From Trichodelitschia bisporula (lineage: Eukaryota): a DNA stretch of 64,000 bases. The DNA lies in the NCBI GenBank assembly GCA_010356995.1, contig ML996699.1, positions 465,697 to 529,696 on the forward strand, in the 5' to 3' direction. A program made the position numbers and the translations under genes. Positions 59,953 through 64,000 of the stretch are shown in pieces (position 1 is the first letter of the stretch; every line of letters starts with the position of its first letter). The notes below the pieces were generated by a model. That model was given only the letters and a program-made list of their open reading frames with translations. It did not search any database and was not told the DNA's origin.

Positions 59953-62219
59953 ATGGATATCTTACTGGAGAGGGTAAGTGCCCGATTTTCTCTTTCCATC
60001 GCACCAGGCCGTCGTGTTTGATATTGCTTTTTGGACGCGTCGAGGTAGGGATGGGATGCTCACACAAGACAGGTCACGCAGCAGGCGATGAACTATGCCA
60101 TTCGGTATATCTTCTGTTTCCTTTCTCTTGATGCTGTTTCTGACTGTCCAGCACTGGCGTCGCCGTTGCGAGTGGCTTTGCCGTCGACCAGTTCTCACGC
60201 CTGCTTCGGAGCGTCAAGGGCTCCGTCAGAGAAGAGCTATCCGATGTACAGATCCAGCTTGAGACGAAGATACGTATAATATCGCCCGCTATCGACATGA
60301 TCGAAGTTATCGCTGCTCGCGGAAACACGTCGCTCGATTCTGCCCTCTCCGCTACCAAGCAGATTCGCCTCGAGATTCAGGCCCTGGGAAAGCGCCTCTC
60401 CGCTGCCGCGGGCCAAGAGGAGCTCATCCGGCGAGGCAAATCGAAGCTTCGGACCGCGGAAACGGACCTCGAGCTCAAGCTCATCGTCCAGGATGTGAAG
60501 CGGCTGCTCAAGCGCATCGACGAATCAGTTCCGCTTATGACGTTGGCAATCTCAACTTCAGGAGTTAACATTTCTACTGCTCTTCCGTCGACAGTTTCGC
60601 CGTCCCGCTTGCTGCAGGCGAGCACATTTCTCTCCGCTGGCGACACACAGTATGCCATGGGCGCTGGCCAGACCGTCCAGATCGGCCCGGCATTTGTGCT
60701 GTCAGTGTACATGCTCTTCTCTGGGCACTCCACTCGACCGCATGATGAGGGCTTTCGCGAGACAACCTGGAAAGAAGTCATCCACAAAGCCCGCGTTAAG
60801 CTTCTACGCACCCCGATGAACAGACTTTATGACCTGCCCGATGGGACACGCCATCCAGGATCTCAGCCTAGATTGCACGACATTCCTGCCGCAGATGAGG
60901 CGAGCGAGTTCTCGTATCAGCTGCTCATTGTTGAAGATTTACAAGATGGGCGCGTTCATACCTTTGAGGAGAATGAACCGCAACCAGCGCCGTTCGACGA
61001 CGTTCTTGAGGCCGGGATTCGTGAGGTTGTCCCCATACATCAAGTCTCAAAGATCTTCTATGCAGACACGGGTAAAATCTTGAACATTGGTAATGACGGC
61101 GAATCGAACAACCCCGTGTTACTGCTGAAGCGCGACTTGAACGCTGCCCCGCCGCGGCGCATGATGGAGCAACAGACCTCGCCTTGGGACCAAGCGGGGC
61201 ATACAGAGGAGGCGAATGCTGAAGAGAGCGACGACGATAGCCCTGATGCTCAGCTGCGACGCGAATCAACGGTGCCACTTCCGGAACCAATGCCGCAACT
61301 GGATACCCGAGCGTGGCGCTTCCCGCCGAATCTCGATCCAGAATGGATTGCCATGGAGGTGTATGTTGACGCTCCGGAATCTGAAGGTGAAGAAGAAGAT
61401 GACGACTCATCGCCCGCGGCGCCGTCACCGCAGCCCCGTCCGTACAATCTCCTTACCCAAACGTTGGCCAATCTGCACCTCCGAGGCTCATCTCGATCCT
61501 CAGTACAGCTCACGCCGGAAAAAGCCAACGCAAGACCCTCTACTCCTCGCTCACCCGCTTCTCATTCACCTTCTCCTTCCCCGTCCCTGGGTCACAGCGT
61601 GCAACGCGCCAGCAATGCCCCTCTCCCCGCATTGCGCACCTCACTCTCCCTCCTCGAGCTTCTCATCCGCCTCACAGCCCTCCAGCAGTTCCAGCAAACA
61701 TCTCACCTCGCCATCAACGACGAACTCCTCAACTTTTTCCTCTCGGAATCATCATCCACTGGCGCAGGGGGCGATGCCGAATACCGCCAGCGCGTGCGCC
61801 GGGATGCACGCCGTCGCGTCGGGTTCGATCCCTACGACGAGAGTCCCATCAAGCTGCATGGCGAAGACTATCAGCGGCAGGCGGGGTCACCGCGGGAGTG
61901 GGATGCTCAACGCAACTTCGACTATGATATGAACTATGGGTATTCCGACATCCAGTCTGACTGGCAGTATGGGGTACGGCGGGGCTCGCCAGCTCCCTCA
62001 TCACCGCTTGTCAGACAGCCATTTACGCGCGGAATGACGCCGCCGCGGAGCGCGCGGGGGGTTAAGCAACCGATCTTCAGTCCTGGGACCCCGGAGGGTG
62101 AATTTAGAGGGATTGAGCGGGGATCTGCAGCTGTGCTGAAGAGCGTGGAAGTGGTGCAGAGGAATGATTCTGCACTGGGTACGAGTCCGGCCACGGAGCA
62201 GAAGTCGGAGGGCGCTTAG
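59953..62219 (+). CDS. YRB30: Fungal Ran-GTP-binding protein (Yrb30-like)
   Basis: Spliced MDILLER|VTQQAMNYAIR|TGVAVASGFA..., IISPAIDMIEVIAARGNTSL, VSPSRLLQAS, LSLLELLIRLTALQQFQQ. Introns at about 59974-60072 and 60105-60151. Confidence 0.85.
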
Positions 62220-62707
62220 ACGGGAGCGTTTTTGGTGATTTGATGATACCCCGGACATGGGAGGTTATGTAGCGTCGATAGAACGTTGCAACTACACCTT
62301 GCGGATCTCAGTGGAACTGAAAGCGCTTGTCTCGTGTCATCTTGAACAAATAAATGCTCATGTTGAGCGAATATTCCGGCACGAGATAGAGGTCAACAAT
62401 TGCCCCTTTGGTCAGCCTTAGCATATTGCGGGTCGTGCGCACGGGCCACGTCGCCTGGGGCGGCGGCGCGTTGGTCAATGTTTGTTGCTCTTCGCTTGGC
62501 TCTTTATTTACCCCCCGACGCCGCCACTTGAACGGCCCCTCGACACTCCGACACTGCAACATTGACACCTGCACGTCGACTGCTCCGTTTCCTTCTTCCT
62601 CGACAATACTAACCCGGCAGCATACACTCAGCATCGCCTCGAAATCAAATCTTCCGACCTCATCCTTCTCGCAAAGTCTTCACACACGAAGCCTCAATTC
62701 AATCAAC

Positions 62708-63773
62708 ATGGAGAACTACCAGAAGATGGAGAAGATTGGCGAGGGTAAGGCACTTGCTCGTTGCTGTCGGTGCCACCACTGACCGGCCAGGCACGTACGG
62801 CGTCGTGTACAAGGCTCGGGACCTCACTCACAAGGATCAACGCATCGTCGCGCTGAAGAAGATCCGTCTCGAGGCGGAAGACGAGGGCGTTCCCAGCACT
62901 GCGATCCGCGAGATCTCCTTGCTGAAGGAGATGAACAACCCCAATATTGTCCGTCTCTTCAACATTGTCCATGCCGATGGCCACAAACTCTATCTCGTGT
63001 TTGAGTTCCTGGATCTCGATCTCAAGAAGTACATGGAGTCTCTTCCCGTATCGGAGGGTGGTCGCGGCAAGCCCCTTCCTGACGGTTCGGGTCCAGCGCT
63101 GTCGACTCTCGGCCTGGGGCCTGACATGGTCAAGCGGTTCATGTCCCAGCTCACGCAGGGCATTCGCTATTGCCACGCCCACCGGATCCTTCATCGCGAC
63201 CTGAAGCCGCAGAACCTGCTGATCGACAAGGATGGAAACCTCAAGCTCGCCGATTTCGGTCTTGCTCGTGCGTTCGGTGTCCCCCTGCGCACCTACACCC
63301 ACGAGGTCGTCACGCTGTGGTACCGTGCTCCGGAGATCTTACTCGGCGGCCGCCAGTACTCGACCGGCGTCGACATGTGGTCCGTTGGCTGCATCTTCGC
63401 AGAAATGTGTACCCGCAAGCCGCTGTTCCCTGGAGACTCCGAGATTGATGAGATCTTCAAGATCTTCCGGTATGTTGTTCTTCCCATGTAATACTCAGTT
63501 GCTAATGCGACCAGTACTCTGGGTACTCCCACTGAGGATGACTGGCCCGGCGTCACCACGTTCCCCGACTTTAAATCGTCTTTCCCCAAGTGGCAACGTA
63601 ACTTCAATGCTCCGCTAGTGCCAGGTCTCGATGCCACGGGTACTGATCTGCTTGAGCACTTGCTGGTGTACGACCCTGCGGGCCGCATCTCCGCCAAACA
63701 GGCCTGCCACCACCCATACTTCTCAGGTGATGACGACGACTTCCCCTCCAACCGCATGTCAACTTATCGCTAA
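62708..63773 (+). CDS. CDC28: Cyclin-dependent kinase 1
   Basis: [34 protein letters not shown]. Introns 62745-62790 and 63470-63514. Confidence 0.98.
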
Positions 63774-64000
63774 ACTTGGGGTTTCAGAATACTTCGAAGA
63801 AATGAACAAGGAGGAAGTGAATCGCGTTCGGCGTGGTCGCCATGAGTTTGCGCAGTCTCTGGAGCAGCTGGCTAAGTCCAGGTAGATGCAGTAGAAGGTG
63901 TGGTGTGAGGTACGCATGGACGGATATGCTGGATGGACACGGACACATGTATGGCGCGTGGTGGGTGGTTACATGGGCAATGACGGGTGTTTCTGCTTTG

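Overview
Gene-dense, GC-rich chromosomal segment of a filamentous ascomycete (Pezizomycotina; short 40-55 nt GT-AG introns with CTRAC/CTAAY branch points). It contains about 23 protein-coding loci. Most are conserved housekeeping genes: DPH2, LCB2, a bestrophin/UPF0187 channel, RIC8, BCKDH E1-alpha, glucose-6-P 1-epimerase, RIF1, UFD4, a GH5 exgD-type glucanase, KCH1, a P450, IND1, BFR2, a SIS-domain isomerase, a CWC16/CCDC130-like factor, YRB30 and CDC28. An F-box/LRR/Cys-rich gene at the left edge is absent from the ORF track. Three accessory-looking patches sit between the core genes: (i) 23.4-27.5 kb, a frameshifted MFS transporter divergent from a microbial-type PARG (TIGR02452/DUF2263-like) with an 18-aa repeat N-terminus and a Cys-rich, CaaX-like C-terminus; (ii) 40.1-41.8 kb, an orphan gene with a decayed C-terminus; (iii) 49.7-51.9 kb, an orphan zinc-finger gene convergent with a small Thr-repeat/tandem-UBA gene. 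I found no supportable tRNA, rRNA, CRISPR array or intact transposon. I cannot demonstrate a new multi-gene system; the PARG locus is the best candidate. All family calls come from motif recognition by eye, not from database searches.
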